Source of the DNA: an uncultured virus (IMG/VR IMGVR_UViG_3300047548_000808)
Taxonomy: Duplodnaviria > Heunggongvirae > Uroviricota > Caudoviricetes
Virus record (IMG/VR): IMGVR_UViG_3300047548_000808
Reading direction: 5' to 3' (one strand)
DNA: 20,000 nucleotides
Shown here: piece by piece, positions 1 to 8,107 of the stretch
Layout: each line of letters opens with the position of its first letter
Numbering within the stretch: position 1 is the stretch's first letter
The notes under the pieces: generated by a model
Database searches by the model: none
The model's input: the letters and a program-made list of their open reading frames with translations, nothing else
What the model was told of the DNA's origin: nothing
Program-made: the position numbers and the translations under genes

Positions 1-98
1 TAGCACCCAATGAGCTAAGACACTTCTCTCCTGCATTTGGATTCTACGTAAAACTAGTATTTTCTGGCAAGGGACAGTTAATGATCACTTCCCTATAA
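1..98 (+). CDS. 3' end of an upstream hypothetical gene (partial)
   Basis: Frame starting at nt 3 is open ([31 protein letters not shown]) to TAA at 96-98, 28 nt before thyA; fits tight same-strand packing. Confidence 0.5.
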   Translation, partial: APNELRHFSPAFGFYVKLVFSGKGQLMITSL

Positions 99-126
99 AG
101 TAGTATACAGAGAAAGGACTAATAAA

Positions 127-921
127 ATGAAACAGTATCTTGACTATCTTCGGCACGTCTATGAGAATGGAACTCCCAGTGGAGATCGTACTGGTACCGG
201 AGTACGTAAAGTATTCGGGTACCAGATGCGTTTTGACCTTAGCAAAGGTCTTCCGCTTGTTACAACGAAGAAGCTACATTTCAAGTCTATTGTTATTGAA
301 CTACTATGGTTTCTACGTGGTAGTTCTAACATCAAGTTTTTGACGGATAATGGTGTAAGCATCTGGAATGAATGGGCGGATAAAAACGGAGATCTGGGTC
401 CACTATATCCTGTACAGTGGCGTTCATGGCCCAATCCTGATGGGTCTACTACGGATCAAATCGCACAGGTAATTGATTCTATCAAGAATAATCCAGAGTC
501 TCGCCGTCATATCGTGTGCTCATGGAATGTTTCTGATATTCCAAAAATGGCTCTTTCTCCATGTCATCCGTTCTTTCAGTTCTACGTCGCTGATGGAAAG
601 CTTAGTTGCATGATGACGCAGCGATCAGTTGATTCCGTGCTCGGTTTGCCGTACAATGTAGCTAGCTATGCGCTTCTTACGCACATGATTGCGCAGCAAT
701 GTGACCTAGAAGTCGGGGAATTTATTTGGTCCGGCGGCGACTGTCATATCTATGATAATCATGTAGAGCAGGTAGAACTACAACTAACACGAGAGCCCTA
801 TCCACTACCAACGCTCACGTTTGCACGTAAACCAGACAGTATTGACGACTATAAGTTTGAAGATTTTATTCTCAATAACTACGTAGCCCATCCACATATC
901 AAGGCACCAGTAGCAGTATGA
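127..921 (+). CDS. thyA: Thymidylate synthase
   Basis: 264 aa; DRTGTG, PLVTTKK, ELLWFL, WNEWAD, SRRHIV, catalytic PCH, QRSVD..LGLPYN, GDCHIY and C-terminal [18 protein letters not shown] upstream. Confidence 0.98.
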   Translation: MKQYLDYLRHVYENGTPSGDRTGTGVRKVFGYQMRFDLSKGLPLVTTKKLHFKSIVIELLWFLRGSSNIKFLTDNGVSIWNEWADKNGDLGPLYPVQWRSWPNPDGSTTDQIAQVIDSIKNNPESRRHIVCSWNVSDIPKMALSPCHPFFQFYVADGKLSCMMTQRSVDSVLGLPYNVASYALLTHMIAQQCDLEVGEFIWSGGDCHIYDNHVEQVELQLTREPYPLPTLTFARKPDSIDDYKFEDFILNNYVAHPHIKAPVAV

Positions 922-1406
922 TTACACTCTCAGTTGAACTAGTAGTAGCTGTAGCTAACTATGGAGCTATTGGACACTCTGGCGATCTAGTATGGAAGAA
1001 TAAAAAAGATCTAGCTAGGTTTAAGGCTCTTACTACTGGACATCCTGTTATAATGGGCCGAAAGACTTGGGAATCGCTTCCAAAGAAACCACTACCTAAC
1101 CGCGTAAACGTAGTTGTGTCTAGCACTATGGACGCACCCACGGGGGCAGTTGTCGCAAGAAATCTAGATGAGGCGCTGGATGTAATTAAGGGATACGAAA
1201 AAGCATTCGTTATTGGGGGTGCTCTGCTATATGCAGAGGCTGAGAAACTATGTTCTAAAATTCATCTAACCAGAGTATTTAGTACGTTTAGAGCAGATAC
1301 ATTCTTTCCACATGTTGATTATACTAAGTATAAAGTAGAGCTTGGAGAGTCTTTTGTTGATGAAAATGACGTAACCGCTACGTTCTATACTTACACTAAG
1401 AAGTGA
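918..1406 (+). CDS. folA: Dihydrofolate reductase
   Basis: [58 protein letters not shown] overlap with the thyA stop. Confidence 0.96.
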   Translation: MITLSVELVVAVANYGAIGHSGDLVWKNKKDLARFKALTTGHPVIMGRKTWESLPKKPLPNRVNVVVSSTMDAPTGAVVARNLDEALDVIKGYEKAFVIGGALLYAEAEKLCSKIHLTRVFSTFRADTFFPHVDYTKYKVELGESFVDENDVTATFYTYTKK

Positions 1407-1407
1407 T

Positions 1408-1440
1408 AAAGGCGGGATTGTTTAAACAATCCCGCCTTTT
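1408..1440. terminator. Intrinsic terminator, probably bidirectional; perfect 32-bp palindrome
   Basis: AAAGGCGGGATTGTTT|AAACAATCCCGCCTTT (1408-1439) directly after the folA stop, with flanking A and T tracts. Confidence 0.85.
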
Positions 1441-1455
1441 CTCGCGTCTATATAC

Positions 1456-1465
1456 ACTGTTAATG
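1456..1465 (+). promoter_or_regulatory. Candidate phage promoter motif ACTGTTAATG
   Basis: Intergenic, between the terminator and the clamp gene; an identical 10-mer lies upstream of the polymerase (16972-16981). Confidence 0.45.
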
Positions 1466-1497
1466 TCTTGCAACTACAACTGTAACATAGAACAAAC

Positions 1498-2592
1498 ATG
1501 GCAACAAAAGCTACCTCCTCCACTACTAGCCTACCTCAACTGCTGAAGGTAGTATCTAAACTATCAGGAATGTTTACGGATCTAGTATTTTCGTCCCAAG
1601 ACGGAAAACTACAACTATACATAGCTAATGCGTCTACTCAGATGACGGTGGACCTTCCAGGAAAGTCATTTGTGGAAGATGGTTCTAGTATATCTATTGC
1701 GTATAGTGCAATGGAAGCAGCACTGTCAAAACGCAAAGAACCTACGCTAGCGCTAAAAGATGGTAGCCTAGTAATAACAGAAGGCCGAACTGTAGTTGAA
1801 ATTCAGGCTAAGGACCATACTGGTGTACCACCTATAAATATGCCAGAGCCTGAGTCGTCTGTTGAACTAAAGATTGGATCTGAAGTATGCTCGTTCTTGA
1901 ATGACACGCTTGGCGAGTTAAAGATAGAGAAGATTCATCCAGCACAGCCTGATTTTAGGCTATTCATTGCTTTCATGAAAACAAAGACTGTGCTAGCTAC
2001 TTTCGACGTTCATCAGATGGCGTATATTGTATCCGATAAGGTATTTCCTAAAGTACGCGGTAAGTTTAACCTACCCTATGCGCGATTCTCTCAGATTCTA
2101 AAGGACAATCCGTTCAGTGAATCTACTCTTCTAGTTTCAGAAGATACTATCGGCCTAGTATCTGGTAGCATAAAGATGTCTACTATTACACCTCCTGCCG
2201 AGGGTCTTCAGGGTGATGTTTCAGAAGTAATTCTTGGTAAGATTAAACAACTAGAAGAATTTGAAGGCAACCGCTTAAGTGTCAAACTAGAACCCATTTC
2301 AGATTTTCTTTATACTAGCAAAGCAGTTGCATCTGAAGACGCTCATATATCCTTTTCTGTAACTCGTGGAGACAAGTTAACCTTGAAAGTTGTATCCTCT
2401 ATTGGTAGCGCTAGCACTGATATTAGACTTACAGAAAAGGTAACTACGGATTTCTCTTTCCGTCTTGATATAAGAACAATCAAATCTTTGATTGGTAAGT
2501 GTAAAGACTTAATGGTTTTACGTATATCTGATTCTGAGGTATTTCTTGACCTACCCTCGATCAAATATATTTCTGCGCTTACTGAGGGCTGA
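1498..2592 (+). CDS. DNA polymerase sliding clamp, beta-clamp-like (divergent)
   Basis: 364 aa, matching beta-clamp size; repeating beta-strand/helix pattern; LATFDVHQMA at about residue 170 resembles the DnaN VATDGHRLA motif; first gene of a replication block. Confidence 0.7.
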   Translation: MATKATSSTTSLPQLLKVVSKLSGMFTDLVFSSQDGKLQLYIANASTQMTVDLPGKSFVEDGSSISIAYSAMEAALSKRKEPTLALKDGSLVITEGRTVVEIQAKDHTGVPPINMPEPESSVELKIGSEVCSFLNDTLGELKIEKIHPAQPDFRLFIAFMKTKTVLATFDVHQMAYIVSDKVFPKVRGKFNLPYARFSQILKDNPFSESTLLVSEDTIGLVSGSIKMSTITPPAEGLQGDVSEVILGKIKQLEEFEGNRLSVKLEPISDFLYTSKAVASEDAHISFSVTRGDKLTLKVVSSIGSASTDIRLTEKVTTDFSFRLDIRTIKSLIGKCKDLMVLRISDSEVFLDLPSIKYISALTEG

Positions 2593-2594
2593 AA

Positions 2595-3026
2595 ATGGTT
2601 CTTAAGGAATCCTACGTAGCTGACAGGTTTACTTTGGTATCTAATGACTCAGGGACAGCACTATATTTTATACCTGTAGTTACTCAGTTAGAAAACACAC
2701 ATATATCTATCAAGGTTGTTGATTCCCTAGAAGATCTTGATATCAAAGTAGGACTAGCTTTAAAAACAGAAGAGTCAGGTGAAGTATCTCGCGTTGGTTA
2801 CCTAGTGCGCACCCGAGAACGTGCAATTAACTTTGGAACAGGGCTACTTCTCGTAAAGAACTCATGGTACTCAGTGTCTAAACTATCTAAACCTATAGTA
2901 AACGAAGATATATCATTACGTATAAAGTTGGAAGGGCTTATTGCGTATCATGTACCAAATAAGCTAGCTATATTCACTACTCCAAATTTATCAACTAAGC
3001 TTCACGAATATCTAACAATGATCTAA
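2595..3026 (+). CDS. Hypothetical protein
   Basis: 143-aa ORF packed tightly between neighbours, GAGG RBS; no motif recognised. Confidence 0.75.
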   Translation: MVLKESYVADRFTLVSNDSGTALYFIPVVTQLENTHISIKVVDSLEDLDIKVGLALKTEESGEVSRVGYLVRTRERAINFGTGLLLVKNSWYSVSKLSKPIVNEDISLRIKLEGLIAYHVPNKLAIFTTPNLSTKLHEYLTMI

Positions 3027-3034
3027 GGAACATA

Positions 3035-3568
3035 ATGTCAGAACTAACAGAATCGCTGAAAGAAGATCCAATATACGAAAAGACCAAAACAATATATAAA
3101 AGCGTTATTACAATGTATCAAGAAGAGAAGATTGTAGCCGAGATTGATCTTCTGCATAGTACTCGTAAGTCACGTAAATTAGCCGTAAATAAAGTTAATC
3201 CCAAGACACTACAGGAAGCTATTCTTATTGAAATGTCTAATAGATCTAGACTCATTGAGCTTAGGTCCATGTGCTCTAGAAATCACCAGCTAATCTCTTC
3301 CGCTAGAGAAGTTCTAAAGAAGCATATTCTATGTACGTATCCAACATTGCTTAAAGCTGAATATGGTAGCACTATTGGAGAACGTAATAACGCAGTTGAT
3401 AGCCTACTGTCAAGGTTTTTTAATCTGCAATCTCGTATTGAAGGGACTATCAACATGATTGATCTGGCTGTAAAGGATATTGATCAATCTTCGTATCAGT
3501 TCCGTAATCTTATTGATATTATGAAGCTAGTTCTTGGTGGCGGAAGCTCAAACCTAGAAACAATGTGA
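3035..3568 (+). CDS. Putative UvsY-like recombination mediator (all-helical)
   Basis: AAGGA RBS; C-terminal MIDLAVKDIDQSSYQFRNLIDIMKL..GG resembles the T4 UvsY C-terminal pattern; adjacent to a UvsW-like helicase. Confidence 0.5.
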   Translation: MSELTESLKEDPIYEKTKTIYKSVITMYQEEKIVAEIDLLHSTRKSRKLAVNKVNPKTLQEAILIEMSNRSRLIELRSMCSRNHQLISSAREVLKKHILCTYPTLLKAEYGSTIGERNNAVDSLLSRFFNLQSRIEGTINMIDLAVKDIDQSSYQFRNLIDIMKLVLGGGSSNLETM

Positions 3569-3575
3569 GCACAGC

Positions 3576-5174
3576 ATGAGCCAAGAATCTGTAATTAAAA
3601 TCTATAAGGCTGAAGCTTATTATCTACCAATAGCTAGTACACCACCTGAACTAGTAGCTGAACTAGAAGACGAATTTACATACTCGTTCTACAAAGAATC
3701 AGCTTGCGCTAGGTGCCCGTATTTAGAGGACCGTCCTTCTGAGAACTGTGATGCATGCGAATCCTTCCTTGGGCAGCGAGCTACTGGGGGACGAAAGACT
3801 GTAAAAGAAAAGCATTTCTTGAAAGTTCCTAGAGGTGGTCTGAAAAAGCTTACTAATGTTCTCAAGCATCTAGGCATGACTGATAGAGCCAAGTGGTTTG
3901 ATCGTATGCCTAAACCTGCGGAAATGTCACGCAGGATTAAACTTGCTGCGGACGTAAAGCTAAGAGATTATCAAACTCCAGCTATACTAGATCTAGTTTC
4001 TGCATCGGAAGGGGTATTAAAGGCACCCCCTAGGAGCGGTAAAAGTCTCGTCGCCGCAGCAGTCATTTCTAGACTAAATCAGAAAACACTCATTCTAGCC
4101 TCTCAAAACGAATGGCTCTGTCAGTTCAGAGAAACGTTTATTGGGTCAGAAACCGTAAAGGCTATGACTACGTGTAAGCCATCCCAGATTGGATTTCCAA
4201 AGACCGTAGAAGACTTTGATAAGTACGATATATGTCTGTGTACACTTTCCAAGTTCAAATCTGCTAATGGCAAGAAACTTCTTGAGCAAATCAAGGATAA
4301 GTTTCCAGTAGTAGTTATTGACGAAGTACACTATGTTCCAGCAGACGGGTGTGCGCGTGTAATTGCCAATCTAAATGCTAGATACATATTTGGCCTAACT
4401 GGTTCGCCAGAGCGCAAAAATACAGCAGAATATCAGATTGTAGAAGACCTAGTTGGCCCAATCATACATGAAGTTAAGATGGATAGAGCTAGGCCACAAG
4501 TAGAACTTCTGCCTATGCCCTCAGGCAAGAAGAACGAATTCCAGATTAAGGGCCATGGTCCATACGCATTTACTTCATTGGTGTCAAAGTTAGAGGCTTC
4601 AACCGTAAGAAAAATAGCTATATGTGACAAAGCTATTCAGCTAGCCAAGTCTGGTCACATGGTTCTGATTCCATTGACCAGAGTAAATTCTATTCTTGAG
4701 TACACTAGGTATATAAACGAAAAAGTAGACCGCCCAAGATACGCGCTTCCTTTCTATGGAAAGATAAAGAAGGAAGACCGTATGAAGGTTATTGATGCAG
4801 CTAGAAACTATAAGTGTAAGGTTCTAGTCGGAAACATAGCCTTGCTATCAGTTGGTCTTAATATACCTAGAGCCTCGGCAATTATTGAGTGTGGAATCAA
4901 TAGTAACTCTCCAGCGTGCAAGCAGCGCTTAGCTCGCGTGCTAACACCAATGGAGGATAAACCTACACCGCTATTCGTATTTACTATGGACGACTGCGAC
5001 ATAATGCGCAAGTGCCGTAGAACAGAGTGGTGGAACACGATTACCCCAACATTCAAACCAGTAGTTAGTTCTGAAACGAAAAAAGCTCTTAACGCTTATT
5101 TTGCAGCTTCGTCTAGTTCTGTTAAAGCTAGAAAAGGCGCATACGCACATATTAATATAAATGAGGACTTATGA
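3576..5174 (+). CDS. Superfamily 2 DExH helicase (UvsW/XPB-like) with N-terminal Cys4 cluster
   Basis: Q motif LRDYQ, Walker A APPRSGKS, Walker B VVIDEVH, motif III LTGSP, motif V SVGLNIP, motif VI KQRLARV; CARC...CDAC near the N-terminus. Confidence 0.9.
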   Translation: MSQESVIKIYKAEAYYLPIASTPPELVAELEDEFTYSFYKESACARCPYLEDRPSENCDACESFLGQRATGGRKTVKEKHFLKVPRGGLKKLTNVLKHLGMTDRAKWFDRMPKPAEMSRRIKLAADVKLRDYQTPAILDLVSASEGVLKAPPRSGKSLVAAAVISRLNQKTLILASQNEWLCQFRETFIGSETVKAMTTCKPSQIGFPKTVEDFDKYDICLCTLSKFKSANGKKLLEQIKDKFPVVVIDEVHYVPADGCARVIANLNARYIFGLTGSPERKNTAEYQIVEDLVGPIIHEVKMDRARPQVELLPMPSGKKNEFQIKGHGPYAFTSLVSKLEASTVRKIAICDKAIQLAKSGHMVLIPLTRVNSILEYTRYINEKVDRPRYALPFYGKIKKEDRMKVIDAARNYKCKVLVGNIALLSVGLNIPRASAIIECGINSNSPACKQRLARVLTPMEDKPTPLFVFTMDDCDIMRKCRRTEWWNTITPTFKPVVSSETKKALNAYFAASSSSVKARKGAYAHININEDL

Positions 5175-5764
5175 CTGTACCAAAGATTATAAAACTACCT
5201 AGTCGAAATCTGTTTCTGGGGCGTGGATGTGATATTCCAAACCATATATGGACTTCGCCAAAAACTAAGCTAGATACGTGTGACTTTGCTACGGACGAGA
5301 AAGACGGATTGAACCAGACAGTATACACTGCAGTGCAGCAGGATGCATCGTTTGATGCGTTCGTGCAGGATCCGTCAGAACCTAGAATCTATGGCATCTG
5401 CTCGATGCCTAACGACTCAGTAGCTAGCGTTATGGCTGCGTACATGACTTCGGTATTTTTACAGCAGTCTGCCCCAAATCAACTAGCATACTGGAACAAG
5501 ATAGTATGGAGTGGATTTGACAAGAACGTATTTACATGCGGATGTAGCTTCTTAGTCATCTCAAGTATTTCTCCAAACACATCAGTAGCTAGGCTAGAGT
5601 ATATACAGGAAGTCATTGATCGTTACGCCGGCCGCATTCCCATTTTAGTAGTTGGAACTGGGTTTGATCCTATAACTATGTTTTCTACCAAGTTGTTTCG
5701 GAAGCCTACGGATATATTCTTCCACTCAACTTCGCTAGTAAAACGACGAACTGAGGTCATGTGA
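5171..5764 (+). CDS. Hypothetical protein, possibly a degenerate DnaC/IstB-like helicase loader
   Basis: GAGGA RBS, ATGA overlap; FLVISSI...LEYIQEVIDRY...PILVV follows the DnaC-like Walker B-to-sensor layout without catalytic residues; directly upstream of DnaB. Confidence 0.4.
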   Translation: MTVPKIIKLPSRNLFLGRGCDIPNHIWTSPKTKLDTCDFATDEKDGLNQTVYTAVQQDASFDAFVQDPSEPRIYGICSMPNDSVASVMAAYMTSVFLQQSAPNQLAYWNKIVWSGFDKNVFTCGCSFLVISSISPNTSVARLEYIQEVIDRYAGRIPILVVGTGFDPITMFSTKLFRKPTDIFFHSTSLVKRRTEVM

Positions 5765-5768
5765 CCGT

Positions 5769-7169
5769 ATGGCAAAGATATTTTCTCCACGAGCTGAGGC
5801 CCAAGCTATCAGAGCACTTTGCGCGAAAGACCCTAAGATTTCAGGTTTAATGCTAGGCAACCTGAATCAGACGTTCTTTCACAGCAAAGCTGCAGTAGAA
5901 ATATATAAACGCATTCAAAGGTTTAATGAACGCAAGGGCACAGTACCTGCTATCTCAGTGGTACGTGAAGACCTAGGTTTATCTGATGACGCTAAAGCAT
6001 TCATTGATTCTGAAGTAAAAGCACCGAGATCCTCAGAAGATGCTGAACAGCTTATCGGAGTTCTAGATAAATATCGTAGAACTCGTGTTATGTACAGAAT
6101 GTGCCGTGAGGTTCTAAACGATCTAACTGGTAATTCTGTAGATATTGATACTTTACAAGAATTTGTAATCAATAAACTTACTGAAATTCAAACCAGACGC
6201 ACCACGGATGCCGATGTTATACACCTCGGCAAGGATGGAAACGCACTGGAGAAGATTCATAGTATTCTGTTTGACGAAGGAACTGAGCAGGTTATTCCAA
6301 CAGGATTCAGAGACTTTGACACAGTAAACGGTGGTTTCTTTAGAGGAAGTCTACAGGCTATTGGTGCTAATACTGGTGGTGGTAAAAGTCTGCTTACTAA
6401 CCAGTTATGCATTAATCAAGCCAAACTAGGGTACAAGATTGTCCTGGTTCCGCTTGAAATGTCATTAGACCAAATGCTGTCTAGAACTATGTCATCCACT
6501 ACTGGATACAATAGTATTGACATCTTCTTGAAAAGGTTGGCTACAGGAGAAAAAGAAGACGCAATGAAGAAAATGCGTCGAATGAATCGTGAGATTGAAG
6601 GCAGAGGTGGACGTTATACTGTATTCAAGCCACGAGAGGATATGACCATTGAGCAGTTACTTGCTTCTGTTCATTCCTACAACGCAGACGTTATCTATAT
6701 TGATTATTTGAACCTACTAGCCGGTGTTTCTGATTCAGAAGACTCCTGGCGTAAACTTGGTAATGCTGCTCGACACGCCAAGATCTATGCAGAGAACCAT
6801 AACAAAGTTATCGTGCTACTGACTCAGGTTAACGACGAAGGTCAAGTGCGGTATTCAAAGGCTGTTGTAGAACATTGTAATGGTTTCTGGACCTTTGTTA
6901 CTACAAAGGAATCCCGCGAAGCTGGATACATGAACATTGTTCCAATCAAGTCTCGTAATCAAGTTCCTGATCCATTCACTCTAAAAGTAGACTTTGCTAA
7001 AATGCAGGTTACTGACTTGAACGACGCAGATCGTTCAAAAATGAATAAAGACCATGCCAGCAAACAGATCGACGTTAGTGGAAACAAAGACGGCGAGCGT
7101 TTCCGTAAAAAGCGCACTCAAGTAACTGATCGTCCTAAACGCGATCAAGCTGACCTAACTGGAGTTTAA
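5769..7169 (+). CDS. dnaB: Replicative DnaB-like (SF4) helicase
   Basis: IPTGFRDFD, Walker A GANTGGGKS, LEMS, IYIDYLNLL, LLTQVN, KSR arginine finger; helical N-terminal domain. Confidence 0.92.
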   Translation: MAKIFSPRAEAQAIRALCAKDPKISGLMLGNLNQTFFHSKAAVEIYKRIQRFNERKGTVPAISVVREDLGLSDDAKAFIDSEVKAPRSSEDAEQLIGVLDKYRRTRVMYRMCREVLNDLTGNSVDIDTLQEFVINKLTEIQTRRTTDADVIHLGKDGNALEKIHSILFDEGTEQVIPTGFRDFDTVNGGFFRGSLQAIGANTGGGKSLLTNQLCINQAKLGYKIVLVPLEMSLDQMLSRTMSSTTGYNSIDIFLKRLATGEKEDAMKKMRRMNREIEGRGGRYTVFKPREDMTIEQLLASVHSYNADVIYIDYLNLLAGVSDSEDSWRKLGNAARHAKIYAENHNKVIVLLTQVNDEGQVRYSKAVVEHCNGFWTFVTTKESREAGYMNIVPIKSRNQVPDPFTLKVDFAKMQVTDLNDADRSKMNKDHASKQIDVSGNKDGERFRKKRTQVTDRPKRDQADLTGV

Positions 7170-7173
7170 TACT

Positions 7174-7779
7174 ATGTCTAATTCTGTACTCACACAATAC
7201 AAAACTAAATTTATCAATGCTCTAGACTTCATCGTTGAAGACCTTCGTTTGTCTGAAGACGAGGTTCAAGAACTTCTTACTTGGATGACTAGGGCTACAC
7301 GTAGCCGTATTTTCCGACCTACTTCCTATGCAGAAGAGACTACAGTTCAACAAAACGAGCAAGAGAGGAACAATTTTGAGGCAGTATTCATTCCAGATCT
7401 AGACGAGCTGGACACTAAGCCCCGTCCGAAGGAAAAGAAAAATGAAGTCATTAAACCTACCAATGGCAGTAGTAAGCCCGTCGTTAGCCAAAGCACTGAG
7501 CGAGGAGTACAACAAAAAGCAAAGGCCAAAGCTGTCTCGCCAGCAAGTACTGGAGGAGCAAAGCCTACGGGAAGCACAAAACCATCCGTTCCTAAACTTC
7601 CTGGAAACACTGGAGGAGGAACCCAAAAAGCAAAAGCTACAAGTAAAACAGAAAAAGCTTCAGTTAAAAATATCACCTCAGCCGTTGCCTCCAAAACCAG
7701 CCCCATCAAACAAGTATCTGCTCGACAGGTCATCAAGCCTATCAAAGCAGCTACCAAGCCTAGTAAACCAAAAAACTAA
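7174..7779 (+). CDS. Hypothetical protein with basic K/A/S/T/P-rich low-complexity tail
   Basis: GGAG RBS, starts 4 nt after the dnaB stop; helical N-terminal part, then a histone-H1-like disordered tail that overlaps the next ORF. Confidence 0.7.
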   Translation: MSNSVLTQYKTKFINALDFIVEDLRLSEDEVQELLTWMTRATRSRIFRPTSYAEETTVQQNEQERNNFEAVFIPDLDELDTKPRPKEKKNEVIKPTNGSSKPVVSQSTERGVQQKAKAKAVSPASTGGAKPTGSTKPSVPKLPGNTGGGTQKAKATSKTEKASVKNITSAVASKTSPIKQVSARQVIKPIKAATKPSKPKN

Positions 7780-8107
7780 GGACTTAACTGAGTTCGTTTT
7801 AACGTATGTAGCGCCGAACCAGATGGCGCTATTTAACGGTATTGAGGACGCAGCAGTCATATTAAAAGATACCCTAGGCGACGACCCCCGCCTGGGGGCT
7901 TTTTCATTAACGGCCGAAAAGTATTTGACTTTCGGAGTTAAAGCTAGACTTGCATCTGAGGTATCAAGGCTTCTAGATCTAACTGAAGTCGAGCGTGATC
8001 TGTTTCTACTACAAGTAGTATCGAAAGACTTCTCCGTTGACATGACTTCAGAAGCTATAAATGCTATGCTAACAAAGATAGCCAAGAAAGGCGGATCTAA
8101 TGGCTAG
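7442..8107 (+). CDS. Hypothetical protein (small terminase candidate by position only)
   Basis: AAGGA at 7429-7433 lies 8 nt before ATG 7442; the ORF fills the otherwise empty 7780-8099 gap and overlaps the terminase start; true start uncertain. Confidence 0.6.
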   Translation: MKSLNLPMAVVSPSLAKALSEEYNKKQRPKLSRQQVLEEQSLREAQNHPFLNFLETLEEEPKKQKLQVKQKKLQLKISPQPLPPKPAPSNKYLLDRSSSLSKQLPSLVNQKTKDLTEFVLTYVAPNQMALFNGIEDAAVILKDTLGDDPRLGAFSLTAEKYLTFGVKARLASEVSRLLDLTEVERDLFLLQVVSKDFSVDMTSEAINAMLTKIAKKGGSNG

